Position numbers and translations under genes: made by a program. From contig CAYWEX010000002.1 of NCBI GenBank assembly GCA_964457785.1, forward strand, positions 15,691-79,690: DNA of 64,000 bases, in the 5' to 3' direction. Shown one piece after another: positions 8,502 to 16,967 of this stretch (its first letter is position 1; each line of letters opens with the position of its first letter). The stretch comes from Candidatus Woesearchaeota archaeon. Its GTDB lineage: Archaea > Nanobdellota > Nanobdellia > SCGC-AAA011-G17 > JACPIM01. The notes under the pieces were generated by a model that saw only the letters and a list, made by a program, of their open reading frames with translations, searched no databases and was not told the origin of the DNA.

Positions 8502-8521
8502 ATAAGAACCTAGGTTCTTAT
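8502..8521. promoter_or_regulatory. Perfect 20-bp palindrome ATAAGAACCTAGGTTCTTAT in the L1-L10 intercistronic spacer
   Basis: Self-complementary by direct reading. As RNA it gives an 8-bp stem with a CUAG loop. Confidence 0.6.
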
Positions 8522-8535
8522 AATCTCCTAAACTT

Positions 8536-9264
8536 TTAATTTACCTCCTTAGTTTTCTTGACTTTTGGTTTTTGAATTATCATTTCCAATTCTTCTTTTT
8601 TATATTCTTTTTCTAAATGAACTGGAGAGCCCATGGACATTTTTATAATTGCACTTTTAATATTATTTTTTTCTTGAGGTAATGAGTGTAATACTGATGT
8701 ATAAACATGCAAGATATTATCTGCCAATTCTTCGTCTTTCATAGATTCATTTCCAACCAAGGCTTTAACTGTCGGCTCATTTTTAGTCTGCAATCTTATT
8801 GTTTTTCTTAATTTTTCTGCCAATGGCTTTAATGTTGGAACAGCTCCAGGTATTACTGCGCCGACTTTAGGATTTGGCATTTTTCCCAATGGTCCAAGTA
8901 TTTTACCAAATAATGTAGCTATTTTTGGCATTATATCTGCTTGTGCAATAAAAAAATCATTCTGCCTACCTATTTTTTTTAATTCTTTTTTTTTGTCTTC
9001 ATATTTTGGAAACTGGTCTTTTAGAATTATAATGTCGGCAATTTCTTTTGATTGCTTTTCTAGATCATAATCTACTAATGCTGCTATTTTTACTTGTTTT
9101 CCTGTAGAATGCGGGAGCTGTAGGAATAAATCAACATTACCTTCTGGTTTTTTTACATTCATATTTTTTAGATTTATGACTATGTCAAAACCTTGCTTAA
9201 AATTTCTTTTCTTAGAAAGTTCTCTTGCTAATTTTATTGCTTCTAAAACTTCATTCTTTTCCAT
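8536..9264 (-). CDS. rpl1: Ribosomal protein uL1
   Basis: MEKNEVLEAIKLARE...FDIVINLK...; AGGAGG SD 7 nt upstream of the ATG at 9264. The track's TTG start at 9306 reads through the stem-loop element and is rejected. Confidence 0.9.
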   Translation of the reverse strand: MEKNEVLEAIKLARELSKKRNFKQGFDIVINLKNMNVKKPEGNVDLFLQLPHSTGKQVKIAALVDYDLEKQSKEIADIIILKDQFPKYEDKKKELKKIGRQNDFFIAQADIMPKIATLFGKILGPLGKMPNPKVGAVIPGAVPTLKPLAEKLRKTIRLQTKNEPTVKALVGNESMKDEELADNILHVYTSVLHSLPQEKNNIKSAIIKMSMGSPVHLEKEYKKEELEMIIQKPKVKKTKEVN

Positions 9265-9277
9265 TAATTCCCTCCTA

Positions 9278-9306
9278 CGAACCTTTTTTGGGAAAAGCTT
9301 CACCAA
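9278..9306 (-). repeat. Stem-loop element copy (UUGG-UGAAGCUUUU-CCCAA-AAAAGGUUCG) 13 nt upstream of the uL1 ATG
   Basis: 10-bp stem with a G.G mismatch. One C-G pair of the consensus is replaced by U-A. Confidence 0.8.
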
Positions 9307-9469
9307 AAAGCTACGGATAAACCGTTGTAGTTCAAATGGGTTATATTTTTTGTAAATTTAGGATTTATAAAACTTAGTATTTATTCTGTTATTTCTTTAG
9401 AATAGTAACAAAAAGAAAGGTTTAAATACAAGTTTATGGCTTTTATGGCAAAATGGAAGAAGGTATAAA

Positions 9470-10270
9470 ATGAGCTATTCAAGAAAATTAAGTAAAGCAG
9501 AAAGAGAATTAATAGGACAAAAAGTAGCTGAATTAGGAACTTCAAAATCCCAAATAGTTAAGGAACTTGCTTTGGAACTTGCAGAATCAAGGAAAGCTGT
9601 TTCTAATAAATTTTATGGCCATTCTAATCTTTTTGATATTGAAGCTAATGTTTTATACAGAATTTTAGGAGAAGATCCAATATTGAATTTTTTAGCTGAT
9701 TACAAACCATTAGTAGAACCAATTGAAGTTAAAGAACCAAGAAAAGTAAGGGAAAAAGAACAAATTGAAGAAAAGAAAAGCTACCAAAGAAAATTAAGTA
9801 AAAAAGAAATAGAGAAAATATCACAAAAAGTAAATGAATTGGGAACTTCAAAATCACAAATAGTTAAAAGATTTTATCAACAAACAGGTATGAAAAAGAG
9901 TTCTGCCGGGTATAAATTCTTTGGGTTATGCCCAATAACTGAAGAGGAAGCTGGGGTTTTGTATAAAGTTTTGGGAGAGGATCATAATTTAGATTTTTTA
10001 ATTAATTATAGAGCTACGGAAGTAAAAAATCCAGAATTAGTTGGAGAGAAAAAACCAAAGAAAGAAAATGAAATTTTTCCTGAAGAAAAAGAAATATCTG
10101 AAAAACCAAGATTACTGAAAACTTCTTTGTCTGCTATTGAAAAAGCCAGGGAAAAATTAATTGATATTTACCTGGAACATATTAAATCTGATTATTTACA
10201 AGGTGATTCAGAGAGAAGAATAGAACTTACACATGGATTGGAAAAATTATTAGAAGACTTGGAAAAATAA
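9470..10270 (+). CDS. Tandem-duplicated HTH-like protein, unknown function
   Basis: Two ~78-aa repeats (aa 2-79 and 104-181: SY.RKLSK.E...KV.ELGTSKSQIVK...VLY+.LGED..L.FL..Y). The C-terminal motif is shared with the next gene. Confidence 0.55.
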   Translation: MSYSRKLSKAERELIGQKVAELGTSKSQIVKELALELAESRKAVSNKFYGHSNLFDIEANVLYRILGEDPILNFLADYKPLVEPIEVKEPRKVREKEQIEEKKSYQRKLSKKEIEKISQKVNELGTSKSQIVKRFYQQTGMKKSSAGYKFFGLCPITEEEAGVLYKVLGEDHNLDFLINYRATEVKNPELVGEKKPKKENEIFPEEKEISEKPRLLKTSLSAIEKAREKLIDIYLEHIKSDYLQGDSERRIELTHGLEKLLEDLEK

Positions 10271-10298
10271 TTAATCTTTAGTTTTGTTTAAAACAAAA

Positions 10299-12254
10299 AT
10301 GCTCAGCTATGATTTAGAACAATTTGTAAATGATCCTGAAAAGCAGAGGTCAAGAGATTTAATTAGAGAACAAGTTGAAAAAACTTTTCCAGGAGACAGA
10401 TCTAATTTAAGAGTTGCTTTTTTTACTGGCCCTTCTTTAAAAGAAAGCGAAATATATGAAAAAGCTGGAATTAAACCTGGAAATATTTATGGGATAGAAA
10501 GAGATTCAGAAGCGTTTAATTTGGCACAATTAGAAAATCAGAGAAGGTCTTTAGAAAAAAAAATTGTCCTTTATCATGGGGATTTTGAGAGATTTGTAAG
10601 ACATGGAACTAGACTAGATGTAATTTCCTTGGATTATATTCAGACTTATGGTTCTGAAGTAATTAATGGAATTAATTCTGTTTTTGATACTCCTGGAATT
10701 TTGGCTGACAAGACTTTGCTTGTTGTTAATACGCAAGCAAGAAGAGAAGCTGCTGTTAATCAAATGAGATTGAGATTTTTGACTTTTGCAGGAATGGCAT
10801 TGAATGGAGCAGATGCTGCTTTATGGTGCGAAGTTATAGATGAAATTTCTGGGTCTCCCAAAAAGTTTGACAGGCAACATCTCGAAAACATGGATGAAAT
10901 TTTAGTTGATACTTTGATGGGCCCATTAATTCAAAGACATAAAGGGGTAAATGTAAAAAGCACTGAGTATTTGGCTTATTCACGTTATGGTTTATTTCAA
11001 GAAGTTTTGATCAGAGCTGCTTATCCTTTATTGAGGGGACTTCAAGGAGTTAGAATAGATGATTTATTTTATAATGAACATTTTGGTGAAGAAGTCAAAA
11101 AAGCTGGAAGCGAAGAAAAGAGAGAAAGTTTTAGATTTTTAGCCAAGGCTTTGGATGATATTTTAGTAGAAAAAGGAGATTCTTTATCAGATCCAGTTAG
11201 ATTAGCATATGTCGGATCTTTATCAAGCGGACGTTTTTTCCCGCTTCTTTTTAAAATGCTTTCAAAAAATCTTCCTATGCCAAATATTGAGTTAAAGGAT
11301 AAGCAAAAGATTCATTCGGCTTATTTATATAACAGGAGTGTAGCAAGAATGATTAGTTCTTATTCTACATTTAGCTATACTAGCCAGAGTAAAACACCAA
11401 TGCTTATGCATTTTTTTAATTTGGAAAGAGCACATAAACTTGATGAATTTGTAGAAGGAATGCAAGGAGGTCAAAAAACAAGAGAAACAGCACAAACTTT
11501 TAATAATCTTTTTTTTAGCATGGATCTAAAATATAAGGAATTTAGAAATTTTTTAGTAGAGAAATTTGGAAGAGTTTCAATGAAAGATATTTTCTCCATG
11601 GATGTTAAGACTTTAAAATCTTTTAGAGCTGGCCAGGAAATAATTAATAAGTTTTTTTCCAAAGAAGGAAAAAATGAAAAGTCTTCTATTTCCAAATTTA
11701 TGAAAGAGACAACATCTTTTATTGATAGAGATATAACTTTCCAAATGCAGGAATCAAAAATTATGCTTGAATATGTAGACTTTGTCAAGGGAATAGGAAG
11801 TAAATTAAGAGAAGAAGAATTAAGTAAAATAGAAAAGAAGAAATCAAGAATAGAGGGAGAAAATATGAATGAACCTAAGAAAGAACTGGAATATAAGTCT
11901 CCTGGGAAGTCCCTGGAAGAACCAGCTCCTGGGTTGAGTATTGATGGCTATTTAGATAGAATTAAAGATAAATATCTTAATGGTGATGCTGATCAAAGAT
12001 TTAAAGTTACAAAAGGGCTGGAAAAAGTAATTGGAAATATAAATAATGGAGATACGAAATTTGAGAATCTTTCTGATCTTTCTCCTGAAGATAAAAACAA
12101 AATAAGAAAAATGAATTTAGACGGTAAAACTCCAAAGGAAATTCATACAACACATTTTAAAGAAAGCAATGTAAGTGTTTATCAGATTGCAGCTATTTGT
12201 GCATGGAATAAAATATGGAGAAACAAGTATCCTGATAGAATACAGGTTTCTTAA
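10299..12254 (+). CDS. Large uncharacterised protein; N-terminal Rossmann/methyltransferase-like pattern and C-terminal HTH-like segment
   Basis: ATG at 10299 is preferred over the TTG at 10284. Strand-loop pattern RVAFFTGP / IYGIERD / LYHGDFERF / LDVISLDY / LLVVNTQ. C-terminus DGKTPKEIHTTHFKESNVSVYQIAAI. Confidence 0.5.
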   Translation: MLSYDLEQFVNDPEKQRSRDLIREQVEKTFPGDRSNLRVAFFTGPSLKESEIYEKAGIKPGNIYGIERDSEAFNLAQLENQRRSLEKKIVLYHGDFERFVRHGTRLDVISLDYIQTYGSEVINGINSVFDTPGILADKTLLVVNTQARREAAVNQMRLRFLTFAGMALNGADAALWCEVIDEISGSPKKFDRQHLENMDEILVDTLMGPLIQRHKGVNVKSTEYLAYSRYGLFQEVLIRAAYPLLRGLQGVRIDDLFYNEHFGEEVKKAGSEEKRESFRFLAKALDDILVEKGDSLSDPVRLAYVGSLSSGRFFPLLFKMLSKNLPMPNIELKDKQKIHSAYLYNRSVARMISSYSTFSYTSQSKTPMLMHFFNLERAHKLDEFVEGMQGGQKTRETAQTFNNLFFSMDLKYKEFRNFLVEKFGRVSMKDIFSMDVKTLKSFRAGQEIINKFFSKEGKNEKSSISKFMKETTSFIDRDITFQMQESKIMLEYVDFVKGIGSKLREEELSKIEKKKSRIEGENMNEPKKELEYKSPGKSLEEPAPGLSIDGYLDRIKDKYLNGDADQRFKVTKGLEKVIGNINNGDTKFENLSDLSPEDKNKIRKMNLDGKTPKEIHTTHFKESNVSVYQIAAICAWNKIWRNKYPDRIQVS

Positions 12255-12280
12255 TTTTATTTTTGAGTATTCTAAATTAA

Positions 12281-12556
12281 TTAAGCTATATCTCTGTGAG
12301 TTTCATACATAAATGAAGCTTCTTTGCTGTGCTTTTTTAGTTCTTTTACAACCTGCTTAAAAATATCATTTGAAGTAACTGTTTTTTTAGTTTTAATCCA
12401 TTTTTTTACACAAGCTGTTACTTTCTCACATATTTTTTCAGTTTGTTTTTTATTAAAATTACAACAGCTTAGGGTAGCTTCATAACATGAACCATATATT
12501 TTCCTTTCATCAAATTTTTCCTTATGACCTTTTCTTTTTACAATGTGCTCAACCAT
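12281..12556 (-). CDS. Stand-alone ATP-cone domain protein
   Basis: VKRKGHKEKFDERKIYGSCYEA matches the ATP-cone N-terminal pattern (V.KRdG..E.Fd..KI); 91 aa. Confidence 0.65.
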   Translation of the reverse strand: MVEHIVKRKGHKEKFDERKIYGSCYEATLSCCNFNKKQTEKICEKVTACVKKWIKTKKTVTSNDIFKQVVKELKKHSKEASFMYETHRDIA

Positions 12557-12584
12557 AAACCTTTTTAGGAAAAAGCTTTACTAA
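12556..12584 (-). repeat. Stem-loop element copy (UUAG-UAAAGCUUUUU-CCU-AAAAAGGUUUA); the last stem base is the A of the ATG
   Basis: 11-bp stem with a G.G mismatch. An A-U pair replaces the consensus G-C pair. Confidence 0.65.
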
Positions 12585-12607
12585 AAAAACTTTTTCTTTT
12601 GACCTCC

Positions 12608-13318
12608 TTAACCGAAATTTATTGTTCCATTTGCTATTAATATTAACAGCCAGCCCATGCTAATTAACAACAATCCAGCCATTAATCTCATATACGCCCT
12701 GTTTTCAAATTTCCATTTTTTAATATCATACAATTTCTTTCCAGCAGACACTAATAATAAAATAATAATTAATGGCATTACAAATATTATATTGTATAAA
12801 ATTAACAACATTAAAGCTGTGAAATCAAAATATTGGGATAATAAAGTTATAATTGCCAAATATGGGGCTCCTGTACAAGGAAGCTCTACTGCTGAAACAA
12901 AAGCACCAAGAAAAATTACTCCAAATGCTGATGTATTTGATGCAAGCTTGTCTAATTTTTTTGAGAAAAAATAAGGGATAGCCAAAGAGAAGCCTTTACC
13001 ATACCAGAAAAAATCTTTTAATTCCAATAATCCTGCCAAAATAATTAGAGTTCCAACTGTTATTGAAATATATTCTGTAACAACCAGAGGAATTTTTGTG
13101 AAAAAGTAAACTAGACCCAAACCAGCCAGTAAATAAACAGTTAAAACTGAAGCAATATATAAAAAGCCTAAGAATAATAATTTCTTAATTGATCTGTGGG
13201 CTCCTAATAAAACTGAAATCATTAAAATTAAAACTCCAATAGCACAAGGATTAATTGAATCTATTCCTGCTGTTATTAATACAGTTGTTATAGTTGGAAT
13301 ATATGCTTCAACTGCCAC
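12608..13318 (-). CDS. ccdA: CcdA/DsbD-family thiol:disulfide electron-transfer membrane protein
   Basis: Two membrane-embedded Cys motifs (DSINPCAIGVL and ELPCTGAPYL); ~6 TM. Confidence 0.8.
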   Translation of the reverse strand: MAVEAYIPTITTVLITAGIDSINPCAIGVLILMISVLLGAHRSIKKLLFLGFLYIASVLTVYLLAGLGLVYFFTKIPLVVTEYISITVGTLIILAGLLELKDFFWYGKGFSLAIPYFFSKKLDKLASNTSAFGVIFLGAFVSAVELPCTGAPYLAIITLLSQYFDFTALMLLILYNIIFVMPLIIILLLVSAGKKLYDIKKWKFENRAYMRLMAGLLLISMGWLLILIANGTINFG

Positions 13319-14087
13319 TTAACTCACCTTTTCTTATTGATGTTTTATAACTTTCACAACTATGCTTTGTTTTTTCTTTTCTTTCATCAAATTCTATAAT
13401 AATACAATCTCCTGGGGGAACAGCTGTATAGGGAGAAATTACATAATTATCATAATCTTCTAATTTTTCCTGATTGTAAACCCAGTTTTTTGTATTTTCT
13501 GGATTAATTACTTTTAACAAGAAAACCTGAGTAAATGCTTTTTTTCCATTGCATTTATCGATGTTTAATTTTTCATTATTATGATTAATAAACATCCAGC
13601 GATCTTTTTCTATTTCTGCATCAACCTGTTCAAAAAATTCATGCAAATTTATATCTTTCAAATCAGTTACAACACCTTCAACATGGATTCTATTATCATT
13701 GTGCTCATGATAAACTGGAGATCCTACCCTGTTAAAGAATCCTTCTGGATCTATTAAATCTAATTTTTCTCCACAAGCCCAAAATTCAAAATCAGCATGC
13801 CAGTGAACTGGGCCTTTTGTTATTGAGTTCATATTTAATGAAATAGTTGAATACGATAAGTAAAATGTTGTTGTTAAAGTGATTAATACCATTAATGAAA
13901 ATAAAATTGTTTTTTCATTCTTTTTCAGCTTGTCTTTATGCAGGGAGTAAATTATTAATAAAAGAATTAGAATAAAAGAACCAGCACTTAATTGAAGAGA
14001 ATAATCTTGTTTTTCTATTTCCTGTCCATGAGCAAATACATTAGTTAATAAGATTACAAGTAAAAGAATTAAAAATTTCCACCTCAT
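13308..14087 (-). CDS. Exported/membrane-anchored His-rich protein, unknown function
   Basis: Signal-like N-terminus and further hydrophobic segments, then VHWHADFEFWACGE...VYHEHNDNRIHVEG. 11-nt overlap with ccdA indicates an operon. Confidence 0.5.
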   Translation of the reverse strand: MRWKFLILLLVILLTNVFAHGQEIEKQDYSLQLSAGSFILILLLIIYSLHKDKLKKNEKTILFSLMVLITLTTTFYLSYSTISLNMNSITKGPVHWHADFEFWACGEKLDLIDPEGFFNRVGSPVYHEHNDNRIHVEGVVTDLKDINLHEFFEQVDAEIEKDRWMFINHNNEKLNIDKCNGKKAFTQVFLLKVINPENTKNWVYNQEKLEDYDNYVISPYTAVPPGDCIIIEFDERKEKTKHSCESYKTSIRKGELSGS

Positions 14088-14154
14088 TTTATTTTGTATA
14101 TTTTCAAGAATATATAAATTTAAGTATTAAAAATTAAACATAGTTAATTTAAAA

Positions 14155-14679
14155 ATGGAAGAAGATTATACTTTTTTAAAGGTAGGAAAAATGCTGGATT
14201 CTAATATTTTAAGAAAAACTGGAAAATTAAATGCAGCTGCTGGAAAAATGGGGCAATATGCTTCTCTGCTTCTTGGTGTTTATGCTGTATCCAGAGGAAC
14301 GCCAGATATATTTACAGCTGTTTTGAGTGGTGCCAGTTATGTTACATCTATTGTTTTAGAATCTAATGGAATATCCAAAATCTCAAAAGCAGAAGCAATT
14401 TTAGCTGCTGAAAAAAAAGAAGAATTAGATAGAAGATTAAACCACTTGGAAAGAATTGCAAAAGGAAGAGTAGAAAGCGCCAGAATCATAAAACCTCAAG
14501 GAGAAGATCTTGCTGAACTTGAAAAAGAGATAATTGTGGGTTCTAACCAAAAACCAGAATATGAACGGCTTTTACCTGGAGAGAGAGCAGAAGCAGACAC
14601 AGCAAAAGAGACTTTTCCCAAAAAGGGAGATACTGACAAAATTTCTAAGCCACAAAGCGGTTGGAAAAAACAGGCTTAA
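14155..14679 (+). CDS. Hypothetical protein
   Basis: Intact ORF with a promoter-like AT-rich upstream region; no recognisable motif. Confidence 0.4.
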   Translation: MEEDYTFLKVGKMLDSNILRKTGKLNAAAGKMGQYASLLLGVYAVSRGTPDIFTAVLSGASYVTSIVLESNGISKISKAEAILAAEKKEELDRRLNHLERIAKGRVESARIIKPQGEDLAELEKEIIVGSNQKPEYERLLPGERAEADTAKETFPKKGDTDKISKPQSGWKKQA

Positions 14680-15185
14680 TATATTAAATAAACAAATAGT
14701 TTTTCAAAGAAGAATTTTTGCTCACTTAATTTTTTAAATTTAAATCTGTATTTTTTTATTATTTTATTTACATCTAGAGTTAATGAACTGAAAACAATTA
14801 AGATTTTTCCGTTTTTATTCAAATGTTTTTTAGCCTGTGAGAAGAATTTATCCAATATTTCTGAACCTTTTTTGCCACCAATGTAATTTAGGTCATCTTT
14901 TAAATTTAGATTATCATCTGGAAGATAAGGTGGGTTGAAAATTATTAAATCAAATTTTCCTTGAATATTGCTGAATAGATCTGATTTGACTGCTTTTATT
15001 CCTAATTTTTTACAATTTTTTACTGCTTCTGAATTTATATCAGCTGCCAAAACATCTTTTGTTTTTTCTAATGCTGTTAAGGCTTGAATACCGCTGCCTG
15101 TGCCTAAATCTAAAACTTTACCTTTTGCATATTTTCTTACTTGTTTTTGCAGTAAAAACGAATCTTCAGCAGGCGTGTACAACAT
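14676..15185 (-). CDS. HemK/Mtq2-type N5-glutamine (release factor) methyltransferase
   Basis: VLDLGTGSGI (SAM motif I) and FNPPYLP (NPPY catalytic motif); compact archaeal size. Confidence 0.8.
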   Translation of the reverse strand: MLYTPAEDSFLLQKQVRKYAKGKVLDLGTGSGIQALTALEKTKDVLAADINSEAVKNCKKLGIKAVKSDLFSNIQGKFDLIIFNPPYLPDDNLNLKDDLNYIGGKKGSEILDKFFSQAKKHLNKNGKILIVFSSLTLDVNKIIKKYRFKFKKLSEQKFFFEKLFVYLIY

Positions 15186-15193
15186 AAATTGTT

Positions 15194-15889
15194 TTACGAT
15201 AACAGAATTATAAAAGCCTTTTCTTTGGATTTTTTTACTCTTATTTTGTCTTTTTCATTTAAATAGATCATTTTTTTGTTGTTATCTGCTGAAACCAAGG
15301 CTTTTCCTTTTAATAGAATAAAGTCAATAACGTCATTTTCTTTTAAAAATTCATGAGATCTTGCCAGTACATTGTTGAAAGCAAGACCAATTCCTTTTGT
15401 AAAAGTTAATCTTGTTATAGAATTAAAATAACCAGTAGTACCAAAAACAGTACTTACAACAATGCCATCACCTATAAACTGGGAATTTAAATTTTTATTA
15501 TTTATTTTTACATTAAACCTGATTGCTTCATACTGGTTTTTATTTCTGATTACAATATCGTTTACTGCAAGTAATTTCTTATTATTGTAAGAACCTTCTA
15601 ATTTAGTGTATTCTTTTACTGAAAATTTCTTTTGATTTAATTTTTTAAGAACGAAATCAATATTTTTTATATCATATATTGAGCATAATTTGCATATGCT
15701 GTTGTCCCGAACAAGTATTTTAGGTATTTCTGGGTATTTTCTTTCATTATAGAAATAAGTTCCATCACCACCCAAGCTGATTATAATCTCTGGTTTTTTA
15801 CTTATTTTTAGATTTTTATACTTTAAAATCTGCTTTCTAACAAAAGAAATGCTTTTTGGGTTTCTGCCAACAACTAATATATTTAACAT
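15194..15889 (-). CDS. nadK: NAD kinase
   Basis: MLNILVVGRNPKS start and the IISLGGDGT signature. The track's start at 16168 is a spurious extension antisense to the next gene. Confidence 0.8.
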   Translation of the reverse strand: MLNILVVGRNPKSISFVRKQILKYKNLKISKKPEIIISLGGDGTYFYNERKYPEIPKILVRDNSICKLCSIYDIKNIDFVLKKLNQKKFSVKEYTKLEGSYNNKKLLAVNDIVIRNKNQYEAIRFNVKINNKNLNSQFIGDGIVVSTVFGTTGYFNSITRLTFTKGIGLAFNNVLARSHEFLKENDVIDFILLKGKALVSADNNKKMIYLNEKDKIRVKKSKEKAFIILLS

Positions 15890-15923
15890 TAATTTTATAA
15901 AATGAATTTTATTAATAAATCTT

Positions 15924-16481
15924 ATGGCTATATTTGTTATTGAACATTTAGATGGAAAATTATGGAAATGGTGCTTAATTGAATACAAGCATATTTCTAA
16001 AATAGTTGGAAAAAGGAACTTATTGTTTACAAACATCAAAAATAAAGAATTAAGCAAGTATGGGAAAGTTACTAAGAAATCTGTTTCTGAATTAGATTTA
16101 AAAAATGCATGTGTTTTAGATCCTGATGCAAAGAAAACATTGACACCTAAAGAAGCTAAGAAATTCAAATATTTTATTTTTGGGGGAATTTTAGGAGACT
16201 ATCCTCCGAAGAAAAGAACTAAAAAAGAACTAACTAAAAAATTGAATTTCGCAGCCAGAAACATAGGGAAGAAACAGTTTAGCACAGATAATGCTGCAGC
16301 TGTTGCTAAAGAAATTACAAAAGGAAAGAAATTACAGGATTTAAACTTTAAAGATAAAATCGAGATTCAATTAGGAAAATACGATTCTGTTATTTTACCT
16401 TACAGATATTTACTTGTAAATAATAAACCATTAATTTCTAAAGAGTTAATAGAATACTTGAAAAGAAGAAATGAGTTTTAG
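15924..16481 (+). CDS. DUF431 / Sfm1-like SPOUT methyltransferase
   Basis: MAIFVIEHLDGKLWKWCLIEYKHIS N-terminus is typical of the DUF431 (yeast Sfm1) family. Confidence 0.6.
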   Translation: MAIFVIEHLDGKLWKWCLIEYKHISKIVGKRNLLFTNIKNKELSKYGKVTKKSVSELDLKNACVLDPDAKKTLTPKEAKKFKYFIFGGILGDYPPKKRTKKELTKKLNFAARNIGKKQFSTDNAAAVAKEITKGKKLQDLNFKDKIEIQLGKYDSVILPYRYLLVNNKPLISKELIEYLKRRNEF

Positions 16482-16517
16482 TTTTTACGTTTACATAACG
16501 AAATATTTACAATATTT

Positions 16518-16931
16518 TTATTTTTGTTCTTGAGAAGATAGTTCATTTAATTCCACGGTTAATTGCTCTGAATACATTGCTGCTTTTGTCAATTCTTCTT
16601 TTACAGCTTCCTGAGACTGGTTAATGTTAGTTATCTGTGTTTTTACTAAATGCATGGCTTCATCTAATGTTTTTGTAACTAAAACTCCAGCACCAACATT
16701 TACAATTACATTTCCGGGATCTGCTAGTTTACTATTAATAAAAATTCCTGATCCTAATGAGGAAAATACTTCAGAATCTTTTTTAATATCTCTCATTTCT
16801 ATCATGGAAGTTTCTAAAGTTGTTAATTCACCCAACTGATGCTGTAAAATCATAAATTGTTCCTGGACTTTTTTTATCTGCTGGTTAAGAATCTGCAATT
16901 CAATATATTTTTGCTGGATCTCTTCTTTCAT
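16518..16931 (-). CDS. pfdA: Prefoldin alpha subunit
   Basis: Coiled coil - double beta-hairpin (SLGSGIFINSKL...VIVNVGAGVLV) - coiled coil. Confidence 0.8.
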   Translation of the reverse strand: MKEEIQQKYIELQILNQQIKKVQEQFMILQHQLGELTTLETSMIEMRDIKKDSEVFSSLGSGIFINSKLADPGNVIVNVGAGVLVTKTLDEAMHLVKTQITNINQSQEAVKEELTKAAMYSEQLTVELNELSSQEQK

Positions 16932-16932
16932 T

Positions 16933-16961
16933 TAAATTTTTTTAAAAAAAAGCTTTACCAA
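16933..16961 (-). repeat. Degenerate stem-loop element copy (UUGG-UAAAGCUUUUU-UUU-AAAAAAAUUUA), 1 nt upstream of the prefoldin ATG
   Basis: Keeps the UUGG-UAAAGCUU 5' half; the 3' half has decayed to A/U. Two mismatches. Confidence 0.4.
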
Positions 16962-16967
16962 GAAAAG

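Noticed and set aside
9265-9306. N-terminal extension of uL1 from a TTG start (MVKLFPKKVRRREL...)
   Set aside because: The extension is simply the stem-loop element read in frame. A strong AGGAGG SD and an ATG at 9264 give a canonical uL1 N-terminus.
9313-9325. Small inverted repeat ACGG-ATAAA-CCGT just 5' (RNA sense) of the uL1 element copy, paralleled by CACGG-AAAA-CCGTG at 21328-21341 next to the uS5 copy
   Set aside because: Only two occurrences with 4-5-bp stems. It may be an accessory part of the element, but two copies are too few to support that.
15890-16168. 93-codon N-terminal extension of the NAD kinase ORF
   Set aside because: It is antisense to, and overlaps, the well-supported DUF431 gene. 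The NAD kinase homology begins at MLNILVVG (ATG at 15889).
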